The position numbers were made by a program, and so were the translations under genes. Positions 8,953 to 18,059 of a stretch of 47,917 nucleotides of DNA are shown one piece after another. The stretch comes from Candidatus Methylomirabilota bacterium (GTDB lineage Bacteria > Methylomirabilota > Methylomirabilia > Rokubacteriales > DASRDR01), in NCBI GenBank assembly GCA_035652475.1, contig DASRDR010000288.1:1-47917 (forward strand), read 5' to 3'. Position 1 is the stretch's first letter. Each line of letters begins with the position of its first letter. The notes under the pieces were generated by a model. The model was not told the origin of the DNA and made no database searches. It saw only the letters and a program-made list of their open reading frames with translations.

Positions 8953-9426
8953 TCATGGTCGACCCTTGGCGGCCCGCCACTCCCACGGTGCGATCGGATG
9001 CGGGTCGGCCCACAGGCCGCGTCGGGACGCTCGCGCCTCGGCCTCCAGGGTTCCGAGCGCGCGGTCTTTCGAGTACTTGCGAAACCACCACGCCCATCCG
9101 GCCCGGACCAGCTCGCGATTGACGTTCCGGCCATCCGGCAGGATGAGCTCGGCCAGGCGTCGGCCGCTCCGATCCCGACCGTAATCGCGCACCAGAACGA
9201 TCTGTCGAGCCGTGAGCTCGACCAGCGCCTGCTTGGCCTCGCGACCGAAGGCCTGTCCCTCCTCGGGCGCGTCGATCCAGCGGAGCCGGACGACCACCTG
9301 CCGGGCGCCGTGAAGCACCCTGACGGTGTCGCCCTCCATGACGGCGACCACGCGGGCGGAGTAGGTCTCGGCCCCGGCAGACACGGCGAACAGGAGCGCC
9401 CCGACCAGGGCGGCGAGCTGCAGCAT
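8953..9426 (-). CDS. secreted thermonuclease (staphylococcal nuclease, SNase fold)
   Basis: A signal-like N-terminus (MLQLAALVGALLFAVSAGA) is followed by VVAVMEGDTVRV...VRLRWIDAPE...FGREAKQAL...RLAELILPDGRNVNRELVRAGWAW...LEAEARASRRGLW, the SNase pattern. Confidence 0.85.
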   Translation of the reverse strand: MLQLAALVGALLFAVSAGAETYSARVVAVMEGDTVRVLHGARQVVVRLRWIDAPEEGQAFGREAKQALVELTARQIVLVRDYGRDRSGRRLAELILPDGRNVNRELVRAGWAWWFRKYSKDRALGTLEAEARASRRGLWADPHPIAPWEWRAAKGRP

Positions 9427-9637
9427 GTCGTTCCCGTATACGGCGGGTCCGAGCCGGCGTCAACATGGGCCGTCCGGGCACGGGCGCGCGGCGTGGAACG
9501 CGATCAGGGACACCGGTGCGGGGGAGCCTCCACGGCTCCCCAAGAAAGACCGCCAGTCGGACCGGCTCGGGCGGCGACGCCCCGACGTCGGACGCCCCGT
9601 CCGGCCCCGGCGGCCTCCGGGGAGGTGGGCGAGTCCC

Positions 9638-11017
9638 TCAGCCGGCGGCAGGGTGCGCGCGTCCGGTCCCTCGTCCAGGGGAGCCGGGGCGAAGCGTCCA
9701 GCGGAGCCCGATCGGCGCGAGCAACGTCGTGACGACCACCATCAGGACCAGCGCGGAGAAGGCGGCATCCGAGAGCAGCGGCCGATCCTCGAGGGTGAGC
9801 GTCGCCCCGATTCCCGCGAAGATGAGGCCCACCTCGCCGCGCGGGACCATCCCGACGGCGACGGCGAGGCGGTTGATCCCCCGTCCGACCACGCCGGCGG
9901 CCGACGCGAGTTTGCCGAGGACGCCCACGATGACCAGGCCGAGGCCGAAGCCGAGGCTCGCGGGCGTCAACAGCGTCCCCACGTCAACCTGGATGCCCAT
10001 CAGCACGAAGAACAGGGGGACGAAGACGCTCGAGAGCGGATGCAGGAGCTCCGACAGCGTCGTCGACTCGTCGCGCGTGCGCACGCCCTCTCCGTACGGA
10101 TCCAGGAGCAATCCGGCCGCGAAGGCGCCGACGATGCCCGCCAGACCGATGCGCTCCGCGGCGAACGCGAGCGTGAAGCAGAGCGCCACGCCCAGCACGA
10201 GCAGAGTCCCGTGGTGGCCCGTGCGCCCGGCGAGCCGGACGATGGGTCCAGACACGCGAGGCGCCAGGCCGACCGTGATACCCAGAAAGAGGACGGCCTT
10301 CAGGACGATCGCCGCCACGGCGAACGCCGAGAGGCCGGGCCCGCCGGAGGACGCGGCGGTCACCAGGCCGGTGATGACGGCCAGCACCACCAGGCCGAGG
10401 ATGTCGTCCAGGACCGCGGCGGCGAGGATCACTTGCCCCTCGCGGCTCTGGAGCCCGCCGAGGTCCTTCAGGACCCGGGCGGTGATCCCGACGCTGGTGG
10501 CCGTCAGCGTCGCGCCGACGAAGACATGGGCGAGCGCGGGACCCTCCGGCAGGAGCCAGCGGGCGATCCCCCAGCCGAGCGCGAACGGCGCGATCACGCC
10601 GATGGCGGCCACCAGACCGGCGGAGGGCCCCACGCGGACCAGCGCCCGGAGGTCGGCCTCGAGCCCGACGTCGAAGAGCAGCAGCAACACCCCGAGCTCC
10701 GCGAGGACGTGCAGCGTGGGGTCCCCTCGCACGAAGGCGATTCCACGTTCGCCGAAGGCCAGGGGGAGCAGGTTCCCGGCGGCAATCCCCACCAGGAGCT
10801 CGCCCAGCACCGACGGCTGGCTCCAGCGCTCGGCGATGAGCCCGCCGACCTTGGCGCCGACGATCAGCAGCGCGAGCCCGAAGAGGACCGAGCCCGTCCG
10901 GGCCGGATGATCCGGCGTCGCGGCCCACGCGGCGACGGGAATCGTCAGCGGGAGGAAGGGGGCGACGCGCGGGCCGGGACGCCACCGGTGACGAGTCGCG
11001 AAGGCCCCGGGGTTCAT
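9638..11017 (-). CDS. cation:proton antiporter (CPA2 / Kef-type Na+/H+ exchanger family)
   Basis: Multi-pass membrane protein: PSVLGELLVGIAAGN, LAELGVLLLLFDVGLE, ATSVGITARVL, AAVLDDILGLVVLA, MVPRGEVGLIFA. Start taken at the ATG of MNPGAFATR. Confidence 0.85.
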   Translation of the reverse strand: MNPGAFATRHRWRPGPRVAPFLPLTIPVAAWAATPDHPARTGSVLFGLALLIVGAKVGGLIAERWSQPSVLGELLVGIAAGNLLPLAFGERGIAFVRGDPTLHVLAELGVLLLLFDVGLEADLRALVRVGPSAGLVAAIGVIAPFALGWGIARWLLPEGPALAHVFVGATLTATSVGITARVLKDLGGLQSREGQVILAAAVLDDILGLVVLAVITGLVTAASSGGPGLSAFAVAAIVLKAVLFLGITVGLAPRVSGPIVRLAGRTGHHGTLLVLGVALCFTLAFAAERIGLAGIVGAFAAGLLLDPYGEGVRTRDESTTLSELLHPLSSVFVPLFFVLMGIQVDVGTLLTPASLGFGLGLVIVGVLGKLASAAGVVGRGINRLAVAVGMVPRGEVGLIFAGIGATLTLEDRPLLSDAAFSALVLMVVVTTLLAPIGLRWTLRPGSPGRGTGRAHPAAG

Positions 11018-11177
11018 GCACCGGCCGCGATCGTGGCGGCGGACAGAGGGCAGGCGGCGGGCGCTCTCGTGTCCGGGCCGGCCGCACCCCGGCGGCATCC
11101 CGGACGATCCGCCGGCGATGGTGCAAGGGGCGGTGGATCGCGCCGCACTGCGGGGAGACACGCGGCCGCCTGCCGGA

Positions 11178-12110
11178 TCACGCGATGCCAGCCACGCAGT
11201 GCCTTCGCCGAGGCAGGACGGTGGAGTGGTATCGGATCGCTCCCGCCAGACCATTGCACGCGGCCGCGAGCCAGTACCCGGTCCGGCGATCCGGGGTGAG
11301 TGCGGGACAGAGGCGATGGGCGAGGTAGGCACGGAGCAGCGTGTCGTGTCGCTGCCGCACCGCCGGTTCCCAGCAGCCCAGGGACTGCAACCACGAGGCG
11401 ACATCCTCCAGGGGTGAGCCGATCCGGCAGCGGCTCCAGTCCAGCAGCACGCTGCGCATGCCATGCCGGTCCGACCGCACCAGCACGTTGCCGGGATGCA
11501 CGTCGCCGTGAATCACCCCGGTGCCGGCCCGGTGCAGGTACCGTCGGATGCCGGGCAGCGCGTCGGCGACCCGCCGGAGCTCCCCGGTGCCGCGCGGCCA
11601 GATCGCGCGTTGCGCCGCCGACCCCGCGGTGAATCCGGCGACGGCCCCGACCGTGGCTCACGCCGACCGACGCAGCTCGGCCTCGTAATCCCATCCGCGC
11701 GGGCACACGGACACCGGGCATCGCGTGTGCACCCGCACGAGCTCCCGGATCACCAGGCCGGCGAGCGCGGTGTCGCGCCATGGCCAGCGGCGCCACGGGC
11801 GCACGTACTCCAGGTACAGGTAGGAGCGGCCGCCATCGCTCTCCTGCGCGAGCAGCCGGGGTGCAGGCGCGTCCGCCTGCCCGGGGAGCACGTCGCGATA
11901 GACCCGCGACTCCCGCTGTCTCACACCCCGGAGTTCCTTGACGACCAGCGAGAATGTCCGGCCGGTCCCGTCCACGTCGGATAGGCGGACGTCCGCGCGC
12001 ATGATGGTCGCCTCGAGACCGCCTCGAAGCGGCACCAGGCGCACGCGGACCCGGTCCACCGGCACGTGCGACCACCCGGCGACGAAACGAGCAACCCTGA
12101 TGGCCGTCAC
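11178..12110 (-). pseudogene. aminoglycoside/choline-kinase-type phosphotransferase (APH fold) with an in-frame TGA at 11658-11660
   Basis: ORFs 11658-12110 and 11178-11516 share one frame (12110-11516 = 594). Reading through the TGA gives ...AELRRSA*ATVGAVAGFTAGSAAQRAIWPRGTGELRRVADALPGIRRYLHRAGTGVIHGDVHPGNVLV...LLDWS. HGDxHxxN plus a downstream D is the APH catalytic loop. Confidence 0.75.
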
Positions 12111-12250
12111 ACCGACATCTTACGGGGATCCCGGACCGCGGCGGGTGAATTCGCAAGCTCCCGCCCCGCAGAGGTGCCCGCCCGTCGCGGACGGAGGACG
12201 CCTCGGGCACCCGGCGACTGGGTCCGTGGCGGTCGGGGATATGGACGGCC

Positions 12251-12285
12251 CGGCACCGGCCTGACCGCTCCACGTAACATGCGGG
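12251..12285 (+). repeat. 35-bp direct repeat, copy 1
   Basis: CGGCACCGGCCTGACCGCTCCACGTAACATGCGGG. It differs at 3 positions from the copy at 12324-12358. Confidence 0.85.
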
Positions 12286-12323
12286 CCAAGGCGCTCGCTC
12301 ACGTCACGGCGTCCGCTCCCCGG

Positions 12324-12358
12324 CGGCACCGGCCTGACCGCTCCAGGTACAATGCGGG
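12324..12358 (+). repeat. 35-bp direct repeat, copy 2
   Basis: CGGCACCGGCCTGACCGCTCCAGGTACAATGCGGG. It contains the -10-like hexamer TACAAT (TAACAT in copy 1). Confidence 0.85.
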
Positions 12359-12781
12359 GGCGCGCAGTCATCCGTGCTGCTCCTGGTCCGTCATGCTCAC
12401 GCGCGTACCACGGGGCAGCTGGGCGGCCCCCAACCCCCTGGACCCGGAACCTGGCCCGGAGCGATGAGGCGCTCGCGGTCAGGCACGGGGTGGCCGGGCC
12501 GGGCTGGTGGCCCGCGCCGGGGCGATCTGTCAGCTCCGTGGCGGGATCGCCGGGACATTCCGCGACCGCGTGGGAGCCGGACCGGCCGGAGCCGGGGCCC
12601 GCCACCGAGCTGCCCTGGCGACCAGGGGACCGGCGTTCGGCCCTGCTCGTCCCACGCCGGCCGGCGAGGTCGTGCGGTCCCGGCCGGCGTGGCCGCGCGG
12701 TGATGGATGCCACAACGTCCGGCCACGGGCTTGCTCCATCATGAGGGGCAGCGCCACGACGCGAGAGCAGGGAGAGGCGAG

Positions 12782-13612
12782 ATGACGAACGGACGAGCGA
12801 TCGCCGACCACTGGGCCACCGGGGACGTCTACGACCGGATCGCCGCGGCCCTGACCAGGGCGGGGAAGCGATTGGACAGCGTGACGATCGAGGACCTGGC
12901 ACCGGTCGATCACGTGCACGCGGGCGGACTCCCGGCGACGGCGAAGCTCGCCGACCGCCTCGGGATCGAGCCGGGCCAGCGCGTCCTCGACATCGGGTGC
13001 GGGCTGGGCGGTCCCGCCCGCTACATCGCGGCGCGCTTCGGGTGCGCCGTGAGCGGCATCGACATCACGGGGCCGTTCGTCGACGCGGCGAACAAACTCA
13101 CCGCGCTTGTTCGGATGATCGGCCAGGTGAGGATCCAGCAGGGTGACGCCCTGCAGCTGCCGTACCCGGACGGGGAGTTCGACGCGGCGTACACGCAGCA
13201 CGTCACGATGAACGTCGCCGACCGGCCGCGGTTCTTCGCGGAGGCGTACCGGGTGCTGAAGCCGGGTGGCCGCTTCGGCCTCACCGAGCACGGACTGGGC
13301 GTCAGGGGCCACCCGCACCACCCCGTGCCGTGGTCGGTGGACGGCTCGGGTGCGTACCTGGTCACTCCGGCCGAGACGCGGGCGATCCTGGAGCGCACGG
13401 GCTTTCGCGACATCGTCGTCGAGGACACGGGGCCGGAGTACGTCGCGGCGTACCGGGGCGTGATCCAGAAGGCCGACAGCGGTACGCTGCCGCTCCTCGG
13501 GCTGCACGTCGTCCTCGGGGAGTCGCTGCTGGAGAAGACGCGGAACTCGGCCCGGAACATCGAGGAAGGCCGGACGCATCCCATCCAGGTGCTCTGCCGC
13601 AAGCCGCGCTGA
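12782..13612 (+). CDS. class I SAM-dependent methyltransferase
   Basis: Motif I VLDIGCGLGGPARYIA, then GDALQLPYPDGEFD and LKPGGRF. RBS AGGGAGAGG before the ATG at 12782. Confidence 0.85.
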   Translation: MTNGRAIADHWATGDVYDRIAAALTRAGKRLDSVTIEDLAPVDHVHAGGLPATAKLADRLGIEPGQRVLDIGCGLGGPARYIAARFGCAVSGIDITGPFVDAANKLTALVRMIGQVRIQQGDALQLPYPDGEFDAAYTQHVTMNVADRPRFFAEAYRVLKPGGRFGLTEHGLGVRGHPHHPVPWSVDGSGAYLVTPAETRAILERTGFRDIVVEDTGPEYVAAYRGVIQKADSGTLPLLGLHVVLGESLLEKTRNSARNIEEGRTHPIQVLCRKPR

Positions 13613-13767
13613 GGGCGAGCGGCGGTCCTCGCCGAAGCTCGTCCATCAACTCGGCAGCTCCGGCGGCGCCGGGGCCCGCGATCGGCCTCGCGGGTCGGTC
13701 CAGACGTCGCTGGCCGTCGGGGAGACGCGGCGCTCGAGGAAGATCCGCACAGGCCACGCGGCGGGTC

Positions 13768-16035
13768 TCATCGGCCCGTCTCGGGCGATTCCGCCGCGGT
13801 GGCCCCGCGGGGCGGCCGGGTCGCAGGCGGGTGCGGGGGCACGTCGCCCGGCATGGACAGCGTCGCCCGCGCGTCCACCGCGACGACGCCGGTCGGGGTG
13901 GCGATGAGCGGGTTCAGCTCGAGCTCTGCCAGCTCCGGGTGCTGCGCCACCAGGTCGCCGAAGCGGACGATCGTGGCGACCAGCGCCCGCCGGTCGACGG
14001 GGGGCTCCCCGCGCACCCCGTGGAGGAGCGGCGCCATCCGGAGCTCGTCGAGCATGCGCTCCGCCTCCGACGCGGACAGTGGCGCCAGCCGCGTCGCGGT
14101 GTCCCGCAGCACCTCGACGTAGATCCCGCCCAGTCCGACCACCACGACCGGCCCGAACTGGGGGTCCCGGACCGAGCCGAGCAGCAGCTCCTTGCCCCGG
14201 GGCGCCATCGCCTGCACGAGGAGACCCTGGATCCGGGCGTCGGGACGGTGCCGACGGACGCTCGCCATGATGGTCCGCGCCGCGGTCGCCACCGCCGCCG
14301 GAGAGGCCAGGTCGAGCGCCACGCCGCCGATCTCCGTCTTGTGGCTGATCTCGGCCGACGCGATCTTGAGCGCGACGGGGCCGCCGAGCCGTTCGGCGAT
14401 CGCGGCGGCCTCCTCGGGGGTCTCCGCCAGCGCGGGGAGGAGGACCGAGACGTCGTATGCGGCCAGGAGCGGCGCCAGCTCCGCCAGGCCCACGTGGCTG
14501 GCCCCCGCGGCCGACAGCGTGGCGCGCGCCGGCCCGGCCGCGGCTGGCGGGGCCGACGGGGGCGCCGGGGAGCCGGGCACGAGCTGCAGGAGCCGCTCCG
14601 CGATCCGGGGCCCGCCGGCGGCCCGCGCCGCCTCCCCGGCGCGGCGCCGCTCGCCCAGCAGCGCCATGCCCGCCAGGGCGGCCACCGCCGGCTCCGGGAA
14701 CGGATAGCAGGGGACGCCGCCCTCCTCGAGGGCGCGGGTCCCGGGCGCGATCCGCGCGCCGCCCACGAAGCTCGCGACCACGGGGATGGGCCACTCCCGG
14801 GTGGCACCGACGACGGCTCGCGCGATCCCGGCGGCGTCCGTCGCGGCCTGCGCGGTCGCGATCACCAGGACCGCGTCGGCGCCGCCCTCGGCGCCCACCG
14901 CCTGGAGCGTCCGTGCGTAGCGGCCGGCGTCCGCGTCGCCGACGAGGTCGATTGGGTTCACGACGCTCGCGGCCAGCGGGAGACTCCCGCGGACGCGCGC
15001 CTGGACCGTCTCCTCCAGCGGCCCCACCTCGAGCCCGGCGGCGCGGGCGGCGTCCGTCGCGACGATCCCGAGCCCGCCGCCATTGGTGACGACGAGGAGC
15101 CTGCGGCCGCGCGGCATCGGCTGCGAGGCGAGGCACCGCGCCAGGTCGAACAGCCCCTCCACGGTTCCGACGCGCACGGCGCCCGCCTGCCGCACCGCTG
15201 CGTCGAACGCCGCATCGGAGCCGGCCAGGGCCCCGGTGTGGGAGGCAACCGCCCGCGCCCCTTCCGCGGAGCGCCCGGCCTTCATGACGACGACGGGCGT
15301 GCGCGCCGCCATCGCCCGCAGCGTCTCGAAGAAGCGCCGACCGTCCGCCACGCCCTCGACGTACGCCGCCACGACACGCGTCTCGGGATCGTGGCCCAGG
15401 GCGGCCAGGACGTCGCTCTCGGTGAGGTCGGCCTGGTTCCCGAGACTGGCGAAGAGCGAGAATCCGAGCCGCCGGTCACGGGCCCAGTCGAGGATCGCCG
15501 TTGCCAGGGCGCCGGAGTGGGAGACGAACGCGATCCCACCGGGCAGCGGCATTCCCGGCGCGAAGGTCGCGTTCAGGCGGCTCGACGGGCGGATCCACCC
15601 GAGGCAGTTCGGTCCGAGAACGCGGATCGGCTGCCCGCGCACCCAGCTCCGGAGCGCCTCCTCGCGCGCCCGCCCGTCGGCGTCCGACTCCCGGAACCCG
15701 GCCGAGATGACGATCGCGCCGCCCACGCCTCGCGTGACGCAGTCCTGCAGCGCCGGCAGCACGGCCGGAGCCGGGACGGCGATCACCGCGAGATCGACGG
15801 AGCCGTCCACGGCCAGGAGGGAGGGCACGGCGGGGAGTCCCTGGACCGTGGTCGCGCGCGGATTGACGGGCACGATGCGGCCCTGGAATCCGCCGGCGAG
15901 CAGGTTCGCCAGCACGCTCCCGCCCACCTTCGAGGGGTCACGTGCCGCGCCGATGACCGCGACGCTGCCGGGCCGGAAGAACGCCGGGAGACCCGCCGCG
16001 CCGTCACCGGGTCCGGCGGGCTCGAGCACCCTCAC
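13768..16035 (-). CDS. ADP-forming acetyl-CoA synthetase family protein (fused CoA-binding/ligase-CoA + ATP-grasp)
   Basis: FFRPGSVAVIGAARDPSKVGGSVLANL, RVLGPNCLGW, IAFVSHSGAL, HTGALAGSD, plus a C-terminal ATP-grasp (PVALKIASAEISHKTEIGGVALDL). 755 aa with no GNAT domain attached. Confidence 0.9.
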   Translation of the reverse strand: MRVLEPAGPGDGAAGLPAFFRPGSVAVIGAARDPSKVGGSVLANLLAGGFQGRIVPVNPRATTVQGLPAVPSLLAVDGSVDLAVIAVPAPAVLPALQDCVTRGVGGAIVISAGFRESDADGRAREEALRSWVRGQPIRVLGPNCLGWIRPSSRLNATFAPGMPLPGGIAFVSHSGALATAILDWARDRRLGFSLFASLGNQADLTESDVLAALGHDPETRVVAAYVEGVADGRRFFETLRAMAARTPVVVMKAGRSAEGARAVASHTGALAGSDAAFDAAVRQAGAVRVGTVEGLFDLARCLASQPMPRGRRLLVVTNGGGLGIVATDAARAAGLEVGPLEETVQARVRGSLPLAASVVNPIDLVGDADAGRYARTLQAVGAEGGADAVLVIATAQAATDAAGIARAVVGATREWPIPVVASFVGGARIAPGTRALEEGGVPCYPFPEPAVAALAGMALLGERRRAGEAARAAGGPRIAERLLQLVPGSPAPPSAPPAAAGPARATLSAAGASHVGLAELAPLLAAYDVSVLLPALAETPEEAAAIAERLGGPVALKIASAEISHKTEIGGVALDLASPAAVATAARTIMASVRRHRPDARIQGLLVQAMAPRGKELLLGSVRDPQFGPVVVVGLGGIYVEVLRDTATRLAPLSASEAERMLDELRMAPLLHGVRGEPPVDRRALVATIVRFGDLVAQHPELAELELNPLIATPTGVVAVDARATLSMPGDVPPHPPATRPPRGATAAESPETGR

Positions 16036-16144
16036 GGCTCAGCGCTCCGCCGCGGCGTCGCGGCCGCCGCGGCGCGCCGAAAGAAGCAGGGTGACGATCG
16101 GATCGCGCGCGAGGGATGCCACGGGCGACGCCGGGTCGTCGCGC

Positions 16145-16612
16145 TCAAGCCCTCCCGGATCGCGCTCGAGCGGTGAGGACGGGGCACGAGGCGGTGGCGA
16201 CCACGCGCGTCGCCACGCTCCCGAGCACGACCCGCGTGACGCCCGTGCGGCCGTGGGTGCCCATGACGATCAGGTCCGCGCGGAGGGCCCGGGCCGCCCG
16301 GACGATCCGGTCGGCGACCGGCGCCCCCTCGATCAGCCGCTTGGAGACCCGGGCGCCGGCCTGCTTGGCCTGCTGGGCCACGCGGTCGAGGTGCCGCTGG
16401 GCGGCCGCTCGCGCGCTCCGCTCGAGCTCGTCGTACGTGGCCGGCGGGAGGTACACCTCCCCGGCGAGGACCGGGACGACCACGGGCGAGAGCACGTGGA
16501 CGACGACCAGCTCGCCGCGGAGCGCCTTCGCGAGGTCGATCGCCGTGCGGAGGGCGGGACGGGACGCGGGCGAGTAATCGGTCGCATGCAGGATACGTCG
16601 GATCGCAGCCAT
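16145..16612 (-). CDS. universal stress protein (single UspA domain)
   Basis: MAAIRRILHATDYSPASRPAL...ELVVVHVL...ADLIVMGTHGRTGVTRVVLGSVATRVVATASCPVL. AGGAGG RBS. Confidence 0.85.
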   Translation of the reverse strand: MAAIRRILHATDYSPASRPALRTAIDLAKALRGELVVVHVLSPVVVPVLAGEVYLPPATYDELERSARAAAQRHLDRVAQQAKQAGARVSKRLIEGAPVADRIVRAARALRADLIVMGTHGRTGVTRVVLGSVATRVVATASCPVLTARARSGRA

Positions 16613-16802
16613 CGGGGCCCTCCTGGATCGGGGCGTGCGCCGCATCGCGGAGATCGATCCGGACGATCTCCGCGGGACGACGGTACCATCTTGGCGTGCG
16701 CGCGGGAATCGGTGGTGCGCGGCTCCGGCGGCGCGCCCGGGGAGGTCCGTGCCCGCCGCGGCCGGACACTCCGGCCCGCCCGGGGCGGGCACGACGGATG
16801 GC

Positions 16803-18059
16803 TCAGCGCATGTTGCCGGTGTGCCCGAGCGAGTAACGGCCGGGCTGCGGCCAGACGGTCAGCCCGTGGGGCTCCCTGCCGACGGGGATCGAGGCCACCT
16901 CGCCGGTCCGGGTATCGAACGCATAGACCACGTCGTCGTACCGGCCGCTCAGCCAGAGCGTGCGACCGTCGGCGCTCACGTTGCCCATGTCGGGGCTGCC
17001 GCCGCCGGGAACGGGCCAGGTGGCCTCGACCCGCCGGGTGGCGAAGCCGATGACCGAGACGCCGCCCGGCCCCCGGGGGCGCCCGTGGATCATGCGGGAG
17101 CCGCGGTTCGCGACGTAGAGCTTCGTGCCGTCCCGGCTGGGATAGAGGCCGTGCGCGCCCACCCCGGTGGGGATGAAGCCGACCTCGGCGAGGTGGGCGC
17201 CGTCGACCAGGTGCACACCGCCGGCCAGCATGTCGGCGACGTAGAAGATCTGGCCGTCCGGCGAGACGCGCACGTCCTGCGGCATCCCGCCGCCGGACAG
17301 TCGCAGGTACCCGACGACGGTGCGGTCGACCAGGTCGACCTTCACGACGCTGCCCTGGAACTCGCAGGTGGCGATCAGGTACCGGCCGTCGATCGCGAAG
17401 TCGATGTGGTTGACGCCGGCGCAGTTCGGCACCGGGACGGCGAACTGGAGGACGAAGGTGCGGGGGTCGCGGAAGTCCAGGCGCTTCAGCGCCTCGGCGA
17501 CCACGATCGCCGAGCGACCGTCCGGGGTGAAGTACATGTTGTACGGATCGTCGACCGCGATCGGCCGCCCGGGCTTGCCGGTCGCCGGATCGACGGGCGT
17601 GAGGCTCCCATCCGTGCGCCCCTCCGCGTTGTTGGTGACCCAGAGCGTCCGCAGGTCGTAGGAGGGGACGACGTGCTGCGGATTGACGCCGACTGGGAAC
17701 TCGTCGACGACGGTCCGGGTCGCGGGATCGATCACCGTCACGCTGTTGGACCGGAGGTTCGGGACGTAGACGCGGGGGAGTGCGGCCGCGACGGCCTGGC
17801 TCAGCCTCCCCGGGCCGGCCTCGCTGTAGAGGTTCCGCGGGTCCACGACGGGGGGCATCCCGGGGAGGGCGGGCGCCACGCCGGGGCCCGCGGCTCTGGG
17901 CGGCGCCTGAGCGCGCGCGTGGCGGCGCAGGGCGGCGAGCCCGCCTGCGCCCGCCACGGCCGCCAGGAGGAGCGCGAGAACCGCCCCGCGCCGCTGCCAG
18001 CGCTCGCTGGCGGGCGATCGCCGGGCCGCGCGGCCTGGCCGGCGCCGCGCGACGGTCAC
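16803..18059 (-). CDS. YncE/YVTN-type beta-propeller repeat protein with N-terminal membrane anchor or signal
   Basis: Repeats such as VYVPNLRSNSVTVIDPATRTVV, LWVTNNAEG, IFYVADMLAGGVHLVD and LYVANRGS. The GTG at 18059 overlaps the upstream stop (GTGA). Hydrophobic segment GAVLALLLAAVAGAGGLAAL. Confidence 0.75.
   Translation of the reverse strand: MTVARRRPGRAARRSPASERWQRRGAVLALLLAAVAGAGGLAALRRHARAQAPPRAAGPGVAPALPGMPPVVDPRNLYSEAGPGRLSQAVAAALPRVYVPNLRSNSVTVIDPATRTVVDEFPVGVNPQHVVPSYDLRTLWVTNNAEGRTDGSLTPVDPATGKPGRPIAVDDPYNMYFTPDGRSAIVVAEALKRLDFRDPRTFVLQFAVPVPNCAGVNHIDFAIDGRYLIATCEFQGSVVKVDLVDRTVVGYLRLSGGGMPQDVRVSPDGQIFYVADMLAGGVHLVDGAHLAEVGFIPTGVGAHGLYPSRDGTKLYVANRGSRMIHGRPRGPGGVSVIGFATRRVEATWPVPGGGSPDMGNVSADGRTLWLSGRYDDVVYAFDTRTGEVASIPVGREPHGLTVWPQPGRYSLGHTGNMR

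Noticed and set aside
9425-11299. 624-aa plus-strand ORF
   Set aside because: It is antisense to the CPA2 antiporter and is highly charged low-complexity sequence.
11658-11660. The in-frame TGA in the kinase as selenocysteine or genome-wide TGA recoding
   Set aside because: Many genes in the window end in TGA. I saw no obvious SECIS-like hairpin by eye, and APH-type kinases are not known selenoproteins. A nonsense mutation or a base-call error is more economical.
12279-12467. Leaderless ORFs starting at the ATGs embedded in the two 35-bp repeats
   Set aside because: The -10-like hexamers overlap or directly abut the ATGs (TAACATG / TACAATG), so no transcript could start upstream of them from these elements. 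The translations are Arg/Pro-rich.
13330-16176. 948-aa plus-strand ORF, with several nested ORFs in the same region
   Set aside because: It is antisense to the ADP-forming acetyl-CoA synthetase gene. The translation has no recognisable motifs and is Arg/Gly/Pro-dominated.
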